DNA of 64,000 bases from contig NC_057711.1 of the NCBI RefSeq assembly GCF_004010195.1, positions 27,183,972 through 27,247,971 of the forward strand, in the 5' to 3' direction. Below, in pieces: positions 48,991 to 62,779 of the stretch; positions within the stretch are counted from its first letter, which is position 1; the number at the start of each line of letters is the position of its first letter. The position numbers were made by a program, and so were the translations under genes. This stretch comes from Chiloscyllium plagiosum. Lineage: Eukaryota. The notes below the pieces were generated by a model that was given only the letters and a program-made list of their open reading frames with translations, ran no database searches and was not told where the DNA came from.

Positions 48991-50789
48991 TATGTCAGGA
49001 GCAGAAAGTTTCAAAATCAGAAAGTCATGATACAAGTGGCCAGTGATAATTTGCGGAACCACGTACAAGCAACTTTTGCTCAGCATTTATCAAAGTTATA
49101 TTTCTAGTGCCACCAATAAAAATACTCTCTGTTATATTTCACTCTATGAATGGCAATCAGACGGAAAAGAGAAACACCAGAGGGTATCCATAGTTCAATG
49201 GGGCCACAGACACGACAATTTAAATAAACCTCAATACTACACATATGTTATCTTTCATTTGAATACATTACAGTAGATAATAAATAGCTGAAATATATTG
49301 CAGCCTTCACATTTTAAATGGTGATTCTTCACAATGTTTCTCCCTTCCATCCAGTCCTTTCACACTTATTAAAAGGGAAATGTTGTTATCACTGGATTCT
49401 GTGTTGAGTGCTTGAATTCCATATAGGCAAAAGCATGCAAATAAACTTGGTTGTTTAAAAGCTAGTTTGAAAATCTGACACGGAGGACAGAATCTTATTT
49501 TCTGGAGAATAAATGTGGAGGCAGGCCTGAAGCGCAAGGTACTTCCCCTCGGGAGCAGACTGGCTTTTTCAGCAACAGTCAGAGAGACTTCCTCTCACCT
49601 CAATGTGTTTTCATGCACAGGTAAACTACCAGTGGTCAGCAAGCAGGAAATTGTGCTCCCTACTGGGACCTTCTGGGCTTCACCTTCCAGTTAAAAGATG
49701 TCCAGGCAGCATTTCACTCTGTCTGAAGCCACGAGCATCACTCATGCTCTGCTCATCACCAATGCCTACCCTTGGGCTGTCACAGACCTGGTTAAAAAAA
49801 AGAAAATGCCATAATTTAGGGATGCCTCCCTGAAGGTTCCTGTGAATGCTGAGCACCAGAAAAGGGAAGTGCTTTTTCGCAAGGATGGTGACAACAGGCC
49901 ATCTCAAATGATGCAGACAGGGGGAGCTTTGGAGGTCAATACCCATGGCCAGCTCATGAAAACCCAGTATTGGACAAGGATGAAGTGTTGTGCCAGGCTA
50001 TATACCACAGCCTACCTAAACTTTTGTGCCTCTTTGAGTGAGGTTTATCATTATAAGGGTGCCACTGCAGAGAACTGTTACACAGAAACTGTGCGCCAGG
50101 CATCTCCAGTTATCTCGCAAACAATCAGTATCTGAGATTTCATTACAGCTACTGATACAGCATGACTGGCCCCACAGTGGCGCTGCCTCTCACATACCTG
50201 TCAGAGCTCATACCTAAAAAGGAGATATAGCACTTAGTGGCTCATTCACTGACAGCTCACTGACCCCTCATTACAATTAGGAGAACCTGCAACTTTTCGC
50301 CAAAGGTTAGCATGAGACAAGATTCCGCCACTAAGGCTTTGGGATAAATACCACTCAGGATCATCAGACACACAGACCATATGATGCTTTGCTAATTTCC
50401 AGCAACACAAGCTCTTTGACAACACTGAACCATTTTTCAATCAAAATCATTTAACTCCTAATTTCCCCTGCACCATGATCTTCTGAAAAGCAATACACAA
50501 TCACAGCTGTAGGGATTGACATCTCTATCAGTATCCATGGAAGCAGTTAATGTCCCTATGTTGATGTCTCTTTGTGCTTATTTCCTTCTGCAGGAGTAGA
50601 ATGTACACAAACAACACCACTGTGCGATAATGCATGGAATAAGGGTCTTCATCCCTTCCAGGGACAGGCTGTTGAGCTGACTGTCAAATAATGGGACTGT
50701 ACCTGAGCTGAAGGATGGTCCACCATCTACAGTCATCTATTGAGAAAGCGTACAAGCAGCTACAACTCAATAAAACCTGGATGTGAAGG

Positions 50790-50963
50790 TGCCAGGTGTT
50801 AGACTAGGGTGGACAAAGTCAGAAGTCACATGACACCAGGTTATAGTCCAACAGGTTTATTTGAAAACGCAGCTTTTGGAGCTTTGCTCCTTCATCAGGT
50901 GATTGTGATTTCAAATAAACCTGTTGGACTATAACCTGGTGTCGTGTGACTTCTGACTTTGTC
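50790..50963. mobile_element. Penelope-like family B variant inverted pair; TSD caataaaacct
   Basis: ggacaaagtcagaagtcaca.gacaccaggttatagtccaacaggtttatttgaaa plus its inverse. Confidence 0.8.
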
Positions 50964-51356
50964 CAATAAAACCTTGGGCAAGTGTGGCGACTCACAACAT
51001 GAACACACCTTCATGAGCAGAATGTTCTTAGGTTCTGAATGACAAAGGTTTCAATGGGAAATTTGGGATAATTAAGATGAACATGTCAAGTGAAGCCTTT
51101 CCCTACGTCAAGACCAAAAGGTTTGATTTTCCAACCAACACCCAGATGGCAAAAGGAGATCCTCACAAGTGCAGCAATAGGCCTATTAACAGCAATTAGT
51201 GCTCGCTCACATGTCATCATTACTTAATCATAATATGCAGACTCTCACTCTCCCAACTGCCGCATAGAGACTAGACACCAAGAATTCATAGTATGAAAGT
51301 CTGAGCAGGATCCTAACATCTGCAGCTCATTGCTTGCTCTTCTCAACATCCATCTT

Positions 51357-51975
51357 GAGTTTAAGAGCAGAGAGGTTATGTTGCAGCTGTACACGGTGCT
51401 GGTGAAGCCATACCTGGAGTTGTGTGTGCAGTTTTGGTCTCCTTACTTGAGAAAGGATGTACTGGTACTAGAGGTGGTGCAGATGAGATTCAGGAGGTTG
51501 ATTCCAGACTTGAGGGGGTTGGCTTATGAGAGCAAACTGAGTAGACTGGGATTATATTCATTGGAATTCAGAAGAATTGGGGGGGGGGGGAAGTCGTATA
51601 GAAACATATAAAATTACGAAGGGAATAGATAAGATAGATGTAGAGAATATGTTTCCACTGGAAGGTGAAGCTGGAACAAGAGGGCATTGCCTCAAAATTA
51701 GGGGGAGCAGATCTAGGATTGAATTGAAAAGAAACTTCTTCGCTCAGAGGGTTGTGAATCTATGGAATTCCCTGCCCAGTGAAGTAGTTGACACTACTTC
51801 AGTAAACGTTTTTAAAGCTAGGTAGATTTTTTTTAACAATAAAGAAATTAAAGGAGATGGTGAATGGGCAGGTAAGTGCAGCTGAGTCCACGAAAGGATC
51901 AGCCATGATCTTATAGAATGGCAAAGCAGGCTCGAAGGGCCAGGCGGCCTACTCCTGCTCTTAGTTCCTATGTTT
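51357..51975 (+). mobile_element. CR1 3' fragment
   Basis: EFKSREVMLQLY..LVKPYLE.CVQFWSPYLRKDV; NFFAQRVVNLWNSLP. Confidence 0.92.
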
Positions 51976-53169
51976 TTACATTCTTGGATAGCCAGTGCCA
52001 ACATTACAGGGCATGTTCCATGGGCAATGATCACATGCACCCCCATATCTAAAGATGTTGGCATTTGACACACACTAGCTTCACCACATCCTCATGGCCC
52101 ATCTCCGATCCACTTACAATATGATTCTGCACTTCAGTTCAGCACTATGGAAAGCTCAGCCCCGTCCCTTTTAATTGCAACGCTACTGCAAAGATACTTT
52201 GTACACAGGGACAGCCACCCAGTTCACAGACTGGGCTAGGGCCTATCTCAAAGCTGATTGCTCACTCTTAGTGCACATTCACTTTGCACCCACCGTGATG
52301 CTCACAGCATCCAAGTTTGTCCTTTTCACTCTATGCCTCCTCGGTCTCAGCTTAAAGGCTTGTGGCACTCAGGTCTTCCCTTGCTGTTCAGTGCAAACAG
52401 TCAGACAGGTAGCTTGACATGAAGGTAGCTTGACGTGATTGTCAGCAGTCACCTGTCAAAGGGTCGAACAATATGCTGTAATGCACTGAACTCTCTCAAT
52501 GTCACACCTAAAGCGCTGTATATCAACTACATGGCCATGTCTCAAAGCCAAAAGGCAGTAGCCCTCAGTTAAGCAGGGTCGAGCCTCAGTTAATCAGTCA
52601 TGGGGTTCATCCGATAGGAGTACAGGGGCATGAGCAGCGTCAGTCAGCCATAGTCAAGTGTCATTAAAAAAACAGACAAACAGTAATTTAAACCTATGTC
52701 ACCTATGACTCACAGTTCATGCACAGACTGGAGTGAAGGGAAGAGGAGTCTGCTCACTTTCTATACACCAATGCAAGGAACAGGGTGACAGCCATCACAG
52801 AAAGCCAGTTCCAACAGAGGACCCAGTATTATCTGCTGGATACACATGGAACCATATAGTCATACAGGACGGAAACAGATTCTTCGGCCCAAATCATCCA
52901 TGCAGACCAGGTTTCCTAAACTGAACTTGTTCCATAGCCCTCTAAACCTTTCCTATCCACTTCATTCCACAATTATAGATGCATTCATTCACCCTCCCTC
53001 CCTAGCACACCTCATTACCCAACTGTGTGCTCATACTTAATACCCAGCTCCCAACCTAATTTGTTCTATTGCCCTTATTAGTGTTCCTTTCCCCAATACA
53101 TCCCACCTGGCTCTCTCCATTTCCCAGGATCTTTCCAATGTCCCAAAAGTTCAAAGTTAGGACTTCAAC

Positions 53170-54582
53170 TTTTGGATAGACCAGATCTAAAAGTTGAAGT
53201 CCTAAATTGGAGAAAGGCCAATTTTGATGGTATTAGGCAAGAACTTTTGAAAGCTGATTGGAGGCAGATGTTCGCAGGTAAAGGGATGGCTGGAAAATGG
53301 GAAGCCTTCAGAAATGAGATAACAGGAATCCAGAGAAAGTATATTCCTGTCAGGGTGAAAGGGAAGGCTGGTAGGTATAGGGAATGCTGGATGACTAAAG
53401 AAATTGAGGGTTTGATTAAGAAAAAGAAGGAAGCATATGTCAGGTATAGACAGGATAGATCGAGTGAATCCTTAGAAGAGAATAAAGAAAGTAGGAGTAT
53501 ACTTAAGAGGGAAATCAGGAGGGCAAAATGGGGACATGAGATAGCTTTGGCAAATAGAATTAAGGAGAATCCAAAGAGTTTTTACAAATATATCAAGGAC
53601 AAAAGGGTAACGAGGGAGAGAATAGAGCCCCTCAAAGATCAGCAAGGNNNNNNNNNNNNNNNNNNNNNNNNNNNNNNNNNNNNNNNNNNNNNNNNNNNNN
53701 NNNNNNNNNNNNNNNNNNNNNNNNNNNNNNNNNNNNNNNNNNNNNNNNNNNNNNNNNNNNNNNNNNNNNNNNNNNNNNNNNNNNNNNNNNNNNNNNNNNN
53801 NNNNNNNNNNNNNNNNNNNNNNNNNNNNNNNNNNNNNNNNNNNNNNNNNNNNNNNNNNNNNNNNNNNNNNNNNNNNNNNNNNNNNNNNNNNNNNNNNNNN
53901 NNNNNNNNNNNNNNNNNNNNNNNNNNNNNNNNNNNNNNNNNNNNNNNNNNNNNNNNNNNNNNNNNNNNNNNNNNNNNNNNNNNNNNNNNNNNNNNNNNNN
54001 NNNNNNNNNNNNNNNNNNNNNNNNNNNNNNNNNNNNNNNNNNNNNNNNNNNNNNNNNNNNNNNNNNNNNNNNNNNNNNNNNNNNNNNNNNNNNNNNNNNN
54101 NNNNNNNNNNNNNNNNNNNNNNNNNNNNNNNNNNNNNNNNNNNNNNNNNNNNNNNNNNNNNNNNNNNNNNNNNNNNNNNNNNNNNNNNNNNNNNNNNNNN
54201 NNNNNNNNNNNNNNNNNNNNNNNNNNNNNNNNNNNNNNNNNNNNNNNNNNNNNNNNNNNNNNNNNNNNNNNNNNNNNNNNNNNNNNNNNNNNNNNNNNNN
54301 NNNNNNNNNNNNNNNNNNNNNNNNNNNNNNNNNNNNNNNNNNNNNNNNNNNNNNNNNNNNNNNNNNNNNNNNNGTGTATGGAATGAGCTGCCAGAGGATG
54401 TGGTGGAGGCTGGTACAGTTGCAACATTTAAGAGGCATTTGGATGGGTATATGAATAGGAAGGGTTTGGAGGGATATGGGCCGGGTGCTGGCAGGTGGGA
54501 CTAGATTGGGTTGGGATATCTGGTCGACGTGGACAGGTTGGACCGAAGGGTCTGTTTCCATGCTGTACATCTCTATGATTCT
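53170..54582 (+). mobile_element. Young HER1/CR1 LINE spanning an assembly gap
   Basis: Uninterrupted ORF LNWRKANFDGIRQEL...KENPKSFYKYIK before the gap; HER1 3' end after it. Confidence 0.9.
53648..54373. other. Assembly gap (726 N); a 9-N gap is also present at 9855-9863
   Basis: Runs of n. Confidence 0.99.
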
Positions 54583-54669
54583 AAGTTCCATTCTCTACCA
54601 TTACTTTCCACCCACCCTCCCGGTGAACCTTTTCTGTAGCTTCATCCTTCCTTTTTTTTATTTCAACAA

Positions 54670-54990
54670 TATACTTTATCCATAGAATATATTTATATAA
54701 TTACATAGTCACTATGGCAATTGGGTTCCGTACAGTCTGAGCATGTTGACTTTCCAGACAATTCCAACAAACAAAACTCACTTACGCAAAACACTATTTA
54801 CATATATTGGAGTCACCAGCAGAGTCTGATAACTGAACAGACCCCCAGTGTATTTGGCAGCAAGACCTTAGACAGTGGTCTTTCCCTTGGCGGCAGTTGC
54901 CCCCGGCTTTAATGCATCCCTCAGCACGTAGTCTTGGACTTTGGAATGTGTTGATGGTCCTCCTCGGTGTGTGTCCCAGGGAACAGACCA
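54670..54990 (-). mobile_element. L1-Tx1-like LINE 3' end
   Basis: Minus-strand translation HSKVQDYVLRDALK...GKTTV*, recalled as a Tx1-type ORF2 C-terminus. Confidence 0.65.
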
Positions 54991-55202
54991 AACATTGCAG
55001 AGGCTTACAGTTTAAGTGTTAACCACAACAAGCAAGACTATATACAACTGAGACTTCTCATGAGCTGGTTGACAGGGAGAGGCTCACCCTTTACACTGCA
55101 ATTGTTTGAACTAAGAAATATCCTGGTTATGAAAGAGCTATGCAACTGAAGGGGCTCGTACTCACCAAAGTTTGGAGGGAGAACTCTTCCCTGCAAGGTA
55201 TG

Positions 55203-55508
55203 ATTAGATTCCCTGCAGTGTGGAAACAGGCCCTGCAGCCCATGCAGTCCACACTGACCCTCCAGAGAGTAACCCACCCAGACCCATTTCCCTTGGACAT
55301 CTCACACTGTGGGCAATTTAGCATGGCCAATTCACCAGACCTGTACATCTTTGGACTGTGGGAGGAAACTGGAGCACCCAGAGGAAACCCACGCAGACAC
55401 GGGGAGAATGTGCAAACTCCACAGTCAGTCACCAGAGGCTGGAATCAAACCTGGGACCCTGGTGCTGTGAGGCAGCAGTACTAACCACCGAGCCACCATG
55501 CCGTCCCC
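55203..55508 (-). mobile_element. Full-length HE1 SINE
   Basis: GACGGCATGGTGGCTCGGTGGTTAG head, V-domain (tgtggagtttgcacattctccccgtgtctgcgtgggtttcc), HER1-type tail. Confidence 0.92.
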
Positions 55509-58500
55509 TATGTGGCAAGCATTTATGATTATGTTTGTGAACAGACAGGTTCACAAGATTGCGCATGTGAATGTAATTCCCCTGGACTGGGGGGAGGTTA
55601 ATGACTGCTCATGACATACTGATGAATGCAAAACAGATTCCCAACCACGAAGGTTGAGAAAGTTGACCTGCCTTAAGCGTTCAGAAAACGTAATTTGCAA
55701 AATTTTAAATCTAATGTCAGGAAAGTGATTTTTTTTTGCTGCCCAGCTTTCTAATTGCTGCAGGCAGACCCAGAAGATTCCATCCTAATAATAAGTATGT
55801 TATACCATGGTAATAAAGCAGGAACTATAAGAACCAACAGAGTTGCATTCCAAAAATGAACTCCAATTATGCAAAGCAATTTAGATATCGTCACTGAGAG
55901 GCCATTTACAGTATCTTAATTGAAAAATGCTTAAACATACCATGCTTCTTCGCTTTTCCAACCCTCAGTTGATTACCTTTTTTTAGAAAAAGGCATACTA
56001 ATGCTTAATTTATAATTAGACAAGTTCTCTACTACTTATAGGTATCGAGAAAGCCTCAGTATAATTTTAAAATTTGAATGTTTTCAGAGACTGGAGAACA
56101 TACCTAAACTACAGACTGCCAGCATTCTTCAAATATTTCCCTCTGCCAATGGAGAGGAACTAGACTTGACTTTTTCCTAACTTGGACGGACTTAAATCAA
56201 TGTCAGAACCACATGAAGGAGGCAGTGGCGAAACTGGACTGATGTCTCAGGCAGGTTCACCATAACAATGATTAATAGACACAACAGCAGTAATTTAAGG
56301 TTCTAATTACATGGAAATCATTATTCACACTCCATTTTGGGAGTCCCCAGGGATGAGAGCCTTATCAGTGCCTAAGTCAGCAATTGGTGGAACTTCTGTT
56401 GATCGTTACCACTCTGGAAAATACCTTTTTTTGCTCTGAGACTTTCTTTTGGTTGCCATTTTTCTGAAATGCATCTATTACAAACCCTGTTCTAGAAATA
56501 TGTCTGAATTTAGACTTGCGTCTGCTTTTGTTACTCACTTAATGGATTGTGAAATTATTTTAATTGATTACGATGACTACCTTTCATTATTACAACAAAA
56601 TGTTTTGTTCTCTTTTCCTTGTGATCAAATCCAAACAATAGGACTGATGGTTATTGTTTTCAGTTGCTTTGTTAAATCCAATGCTTTCTTCATATTCTGA
56701 ATCCCTCACACCCAACCAAACCCTACTGACTGCATTGTTTTGGTTATGTATGAGATATCTTTTTCTATCTCAGAACTGTCTCCATGGGCAATGTCCTTTA
56801 GTCATTATCTTGTCGAAATTTTCAGACTCGTAAATGTTTTAACTGGTTAAGTATTTTTATTTCTGCCAGTGAGATCCAATTTTGCAAAACTGCTTCATCA
56901 GCTCACTGAATACAATTGTTGAAATGATCCTTGAAGTCCAGAAGACCATAAGACCATCGATATAGGAGCTGAATTAGGCCATTTGGCCCATCGGGTCTGT
57001 CCCGTCATTTATCATGGCTGATATGTTTCTTAACACCATTCTCCCGCCTTCTCCCAGTATCCCTTGATTCCCTTACCAGTCAAGAACCTATCTTTGTCTT
57101 AAATACATTCAATTACTTATTACCACAGAAGGCTGTGAAGGCTGAGGTCCACAGATTAATCACACTCTGGCTGAAGAAATTCCTCCTCACCTCAGTTCTA
57201 AAGGTTGTTCCTTCATTCTGAGGAGAAAGTGAGGTCTGCAGATGCTGGAGATCACAGCTGGAAATGTGTTGCTGGAAAAGCGCAGCAGGTCAGGCAGCAT
57301 CCTGAAGAAGGGCTTATGCCCGAAACGTCGACATTCCTTCATTCTGAGGCTATGCCTCAGGTCATAGTCTCTCTGACTAGTGGAAGGATGCTCTCCATGT
57401 CCACTCTAACCAAGCCTTTCAGTCTTCTGTGAGTTTCAATGAGTTTCCCCCCTCACCTTTCTCAACTCCATAGAGTACAGACCCAGAGCCGTCAACTACC
57501 CCTCATAAGACAAGTCATCCATACCTAGGATCATTCTTGTAAACTTCCTCTGGACCCCCCTCCAATGCCAGCACATCCTTCCTCACATACAAAGCTCAAA
57601 TGTTGTCTGACCAGAACCTTATACAATTCAGAGAACATCCCCAAACTTGTAATTCTCACATTTTTGAAATGAATGCTCACAATGCAATTGCCTTCCTAAC
57701 TGCCAAATGAACCTGCATGTTAACATAAGAGAATCCTAAACTAGGACTCCGAAGTGGGGTAATAGCTTCAGATTTCTGAAGCTATTACCCCATTTATAAG
57801 TAGCCTGTGGCTCTGTTCTTCCAGTCAAAGTGAGTAACTTTGCACATTTCCCACATTGTATTCCATCTGCCGAATTTTGCCCTCTTTCCGAGCCTGTCAA
57901 AGTCCTCTGCAGCCTCCCAACCTCCTCAACACTACCTGTCCCTCCACCTATCTTTGTGTCACCTGAAAACATAGCAACAATACCAATAGTTCCTTCGCCC
58001 AGATCATTAATCTATAATGTGTGGAATTCTCTTGTTGGGACCAATTCATTAGATACATTCGAGTTGGAGCTGGACATGGCCCTTGCAACTAAAGGGATCA
58101 AGGGGTGTGTGGAGAAACTGGGAATGGGATACTGAGACTGCATGATTAGCCATGATCATATTAAATGGTGGTGTGGCCTCGAAGGGCCGAATGGCCTACT
58201 CCTGAACCCATTTTCTATGTTTCTATGTTTAATGTGAATAGTTGTGGTCCCAAAACTGACCCCTGCGGAACTTGACTCGTCACCAGCTACCATCCTGAAA
58301 CAGACCACTTTATCCCAACTCAGTGCCTTTTGCCAGTCAGCTAATGCTAAATCCATACCAATACCTTGCCCCTAACACTACTCTTATCTTATTTAGCAGC
58401 TCCTTCTTCACCCACCACTGCAGCACCTTGTCAAAGGCCTTCTGGAAATACAAATAGACCACATCCACTGACTCACCTTTGCCAAACTTGCTCATTACTT

Positions 58501-59984
58501 GCTCAAAGAATTCTAACAGATTTGACAGGCCTGACCTCCCCTTGCCGAAGCCATGCTGGCTCAGCCCTATTTGACATGTACTTCTAAGAACTCCACAATC
58601 TCATTCTTTAAGAATAGACTCTAAAATCTCACCAATGACTGAGGTCAAGCGAGCTGGTCTGTAATTGCCATCATCCATTTTTTTTTAACAGGGATGTTAC
58701 ATTGGCTATTTTCCAATCCTCTGGGATCCTCCTAACTCCAGGGATTCCTGAAAGATCACAACCAATGCCTCTACAATCTCCTCAGCTATCTCCTTCAGAA
58801 CTCTGCGTTGCAGTCCACCTGGTTCAGGTGATTTATCCATCTGCAGACCTTTCACCTTCTCCTTAGTGATGGCCAACACACCCACTTCTGCTCCCTGACT
58901 CTCTTGAAGTTCTGGTCTGCTGCTGATGTCGGCTACTGTGAAAACTGATGCAAAGTACCTATTCAACTCCTCTGCCATTTCTTTTTTTCCCATTACTACA
59001 TCTCCAGCCTCATTATTCAGTTATCTAATGTCCATTCATGCCCCTATTTTATCTTTTATATACCTAAAATAATTCTTGCAATCTTCATTTCTATAACAAA
59101 CTATCTTTCCTTCCTATTTCAACTTCTGCCCCCTTATTGCTTCTTTAGTAGTCTTCTGTTGGTTTTGAAAGGCTAGATAATCCTCTGGCTTCCCACTACT
59201 CTTCACCAAATTGCATGCTTTTTCTTCCACTTTTATGCTGTCCCTGACTTCCTTGTCTACCATGGTTGCCTCGTCCTCCACTTAATCGGTTTCTTCTTTG
59301 TTGGGTTGAATTTCTGCTGTGCCCCCTGAATTACCCCCAGAAACTCTTGCTATTGCTGCCTATCCATCTTCCCTGTTAGGCTCTCCTTTCAATCAACTCT
59401 TGCCAGCTCCTCCCTCATGTCATTGTAGTTACCTTTACTCCGATTCCAGCTTCTCCCTCTCAAACTGCAGGGTGAATTCTATCATATTGTGGTCACTGCC
59501 TCCTAGGTGCTCCTTCACCTTAAGCTCCCTAATCAAGGCTGCCTCATTACACATTACTAAATCCAGAATTGCCTGCTCTCGAGTGAGCTCCACTACATAT
59601 TGCTCCAGAAAACCATCTTGTAGATATTCCGCAAATTCCTTTTCTTGGGATCCGCATCCTATCTGATTTGCCCAGTCCACCTGAATACTGAAGTCCCCCC
59701 TGATTACTGTAATCGTGCCTTCCTACAAGATGATGGTGGAGAAACAGCATAACGTGCTGACTTCTCAGCCCAGGAGCCTGGAACTCATCTACTCCATCAA
59801 CTTTCATTTTTTTTCTATGCTTTACTTAAATATTTCCATTTATTATGGTACCTTCACCTTTTTTTAACAACTTTGGCAGAAGGTGTCTTCTCCTAGCCAA
59901 GGTGCAGCGACAAGGTGGCTTCCAGTAGTCCGGAATGGAGGTATAAACCTGGTGCCTGGTGGGGTTGTCGCTCAGTGTGGCGGC

Positions 59985-60592
59985 CTTGTCCGACCTGGCA
60001 TGGTGTGCTAGTCTTGTCCAGCCTGGTGTGGCATTCCTGTCCAGCTGGCATGGTGTGCTAGTCTTGTCCAGCCTAGTGTGGCATTCTTGTCTGGCCTGGC
60101 ATGGTGTGCTTGTCCAGCCTGGCATGGCATTCTTGCCTGGCCTGGCGTGGTGTTCTTGTCCATCCCAGTGTGGCATTCTTGTCCGGCCTGGCATGGTGTG
60201 CTTGTCCATCCTAGTGTGGCATTCTTGTCCGGCCTGACATGGTGTTCTTGTCCATCCTCGCATGGCATTCTTGTCTGGCCCGGCGTGGTGTTCTTTCTGG
60301 CCCAATAGCTTTGTTCAGCCTTATAGCCTCATCCAGCCTGGTGTGGTGTTCTTGTCCAGCCTGGAAGCCTTGTCCAGCTTGGAGTGGCATTCATGTCCAG
60401 CCTGGTAGCCTTATCCAGTCTGGTAGCCTTGTCTGGCCCAGTGTGGTGCTCTTGTTCGACCCAGCGTGGTGTTCTTGTCCAGCCCGGCGTGGTGTTTTTG
60501 TCCAACCTGGGTAGCCTTGTATAGGCTGGCTTTATGTTCTTGCCTGGCCTGGCATGGTGTTCTTGTCCAGCCTGGTGTGGCATTCTTATCCC
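59985..60592. repeat. Degenerate minisatellite, ~19-20-bp unit (tggc/tggt..ttcttgtccagcct) with a ~39-bp higher-order pattern
   Basis: Roughly 30 copies of the cttgtcc(a/g)gcc core. Confidence 0.9.
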
Positions 60593-61568
60593 AGCGCAGA
60601 GGTTTCGTTTGGTGTGGGGGTCTCATCCTTGCTTCTAGGCAGCTTCTGGATCTTTCAGCAGGCCAGCGTGGAGGTCTAGTCTGGTATGGCCATCTCATCT
60701 TGGTGGGGCAGTCTCAGACCAGCTGTGCATGGCACCTTCAGCCTGGTTTTCTGGTGTACTGAAAACCCAGGAGCCATTGATTGAACTTTGATGAACTTTG
60801 ACTTATTTTTGTTCTTATCTATGACTTCCATCATTAATTGAGGTACTATGGTATGGTGGCTCATAAAAAGTTTTGTTGCATTTTGTTTACATACACATGG
60901 CAAAAAATTGCTATTTTATTCTATTCTCACATGCCTTTTCCATCCTGATTTATTTTCTGCCACACATTCTGACTACTGCCAGGTGGCAAAAACAGAAATT
61001 GGTGGAAAAGCTCAGGAGATCTCTTAGCATCTGTGGAAAGAAATCAGAGTTCATGTTTCACGTTATGTGACCCTTCCTCAGAATTCTGACTTCTCTCCAC
61101 AGATGCTGCCAGAGCTCCTGAGCTTTTCCAGCAATTTCTGTTTTTGCCTTTGATTTACAGCATCCGCACTTCTTTCGGTTTTTACTGCTGGGGGCCCGCA
61201 CGTAACTCTCATCAGGGTCTTTTTGCTGCTTTGCAATTTCACAATTCTACCCACATAAATTCTCTGCCTTCTGACTCTATATTCCTTCATGTTATTGATT
61301 TAAACCTGCGTCTCTGCCCACCTGCCTGTCCTTTAGTGTAGGATAGGAAACATATCCTTAGATATTCAGTTCCAAATCCCGATCCCCTTGCAGCTATATC
61401 TCTGTAATACCCACAACATTGTACCTGCCAATTTCAATCTGTGCTACAACACCATTTATGTTGTTTTGTATACTGAGTACATTTAAGTGAAACATCCTCA
61501 TCTTGTGCTTACTGCCCCTCTTCTCATAGTTGTCCCCTTATCTGCTAAACCTGAAATTAGATTGCGGA

Positions 61569-62201
61569 TGTGGCAATGTTGCTCCTTTAACAAGGTTTTG
61601 TTGTCTTTGGCTGATTTTTTCAGAGAGGTCATAAAAGACACCGACTCCGAAAGGTCTAAGTTGAAGGGTTTTAGGCCAGTTTGATTATAGCTAACAGATA
61701 TGCCTCAGGCAAAAGGCTTTTAAGTTTAAAACAAACACTTCTATGATAAAAGGGGAGTGTCCCTTTCTCCCAGTTCAGCTTTTCTCTGGTTTGGTTTGGT
61801 TTTAACACTGGAGTTGAAAAAGCTGCTGACCCCCAAAGAAGCAGGTCGAGATTGATCCTGCTGTCCCTCTGGCTTCTCTCCTGCATGACCTTGGATTTGA
61901 TTTTAGCTTTTGTGCCAAGGGGTGTTTATGGGGATTGTTGCAAGTATTTGGAACAGCATCATTAAGTTGGTATCATCTGTTGGGGTTTCGGATACATTGT
62001 TTTTCAGTATTCTGTTCTCTTTTGTTTGTGTTTCCTTTGGTAATTTTGTCAACAAATTCTGTTTTGTTTAAAGACAAGTGGTTTGATCAGCTCCATCGCT
62101 CCTGGAATATCCGCATTACACCTGCTTAAAACAATTAGCAAAGTTAGAGTCTGGGCTACATCCTTGAAAAGTTTTGAGGGGGTTTGAACTGGTCTATAAT
62201 A
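61569..62201 (+). mobile_element. Probable solo LTR inserted in the CR1
   Basis: TGTGGCA...TATAATA termini (CA decayed). Flanks cgga/ctga may be a 4-bp TSD. Similar organisation to 28694-29345. Confidence 0.55.
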
Positions 62202-62779
62202 CTGAGCCTTTCCACACTATCTGATCCATTACTTCTCCTGTAAAATTTAATAATCTCTGCTGAGGTCACCCCACCATTTTCAATAACTTTCTATACAACT
62301 GAACAACTCCCACTATTTAGTTTAAAAGGTCCATTCTTCTGCAGTTAAAGCAAGATATATAAGGACACCTGTGCTGTTGGGGCATCTTCATCTGAAGAGT
62401 GCTAAAGTTAGTGTTCTGGCATATTATATAACTAGAGCTGTATAGATGACTTCATTTTAAATTGTGGGGGAAAAGGACGAAGTAATACTGCAGGGTAGCA
62501 ATAAAAGGTAATGATACTGGCTGAAAGAGACTATGTGTACAAACATAAGAATGAGTGGAGAAAATTTGATTTAATCTAGTTGAGAGGGAAATTTAAGTGA
62601 AGGGCGCTTTAGAAATCCATAAATAAATGTTGAGGCAATGTTCTGACATATATAAACACAAGCAGTGTGGAACAAGATGGAATAGATTGGGATAATTTCA
62701 AATTAATATTACAGAAAATAAAATCCATTTAGGGAACAGCAGTAAAATTTGAAGTGAAATAATTTCATCTGAATGTATC

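Larger units (their letters stand above)
49480..52830 (+). mobile_element. Possible old PIF/Harbinger-type transposon remnant (Myb/SANT-like peptide at 49830-49975), interrupted by younger inserts
   Basis: KREVLFRKDG..RPSQMMQT...ALEVN resembles Harbinger Myb-like proteins. Boundaries are poorly defined. Confidence 0.35.
56944..62290 (-). mobile_element. Near full-length degenerate CR1 with nested insertions: family A PLE 57219-57333 (TSD ttccttcattctgagg), + strand CR1 3' end 58018-58228, VNTR element 59727-60925, family D PLE 60984-61180, LTR-like 61569-62201
   Basis: FSGDTKIGGG, KEMAEELNRYFASVFT and AILDLVMCN..LGGSDHNMIEF motifs in colinear order across the inserts. Confidence 0.87.

Noticed and set aside
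50213-50222. CArG box CCTAAAAAGG
   Set aside because: A single 10-mer is expected by chance in 64 kb of AT-rich DNA, and it lies in a probable transposon remnant.
53172-54591. Long ORFs of 262-404 aa
   Set aside because: Artefacts of translating through the N gap; the real part is CR1 ORF2.
55440-55508. tRNA-like sequences in SINE heads (also 29705-29770, 38604-38655, 35360-35435)
   Set aside because: They continue into SINE bodies and lack a proper cloverleaf, so they are not tRNA genes.
56100-56265. Exon-like stretch with a TTAG|GTATGT donor on the minus strand
   Set aside because: Stops in all frames and no clear acceptor. It could be a 5'UTR exon, but the sequence alone does not support it.
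59826-60762. Many overlapping repetitive ORFs; also a superficial CRISPR-like look
   Set aside because: Product of a stop-poor minisatellite. There are no unique spacers and no cas genes, and the context is eukaryotic.
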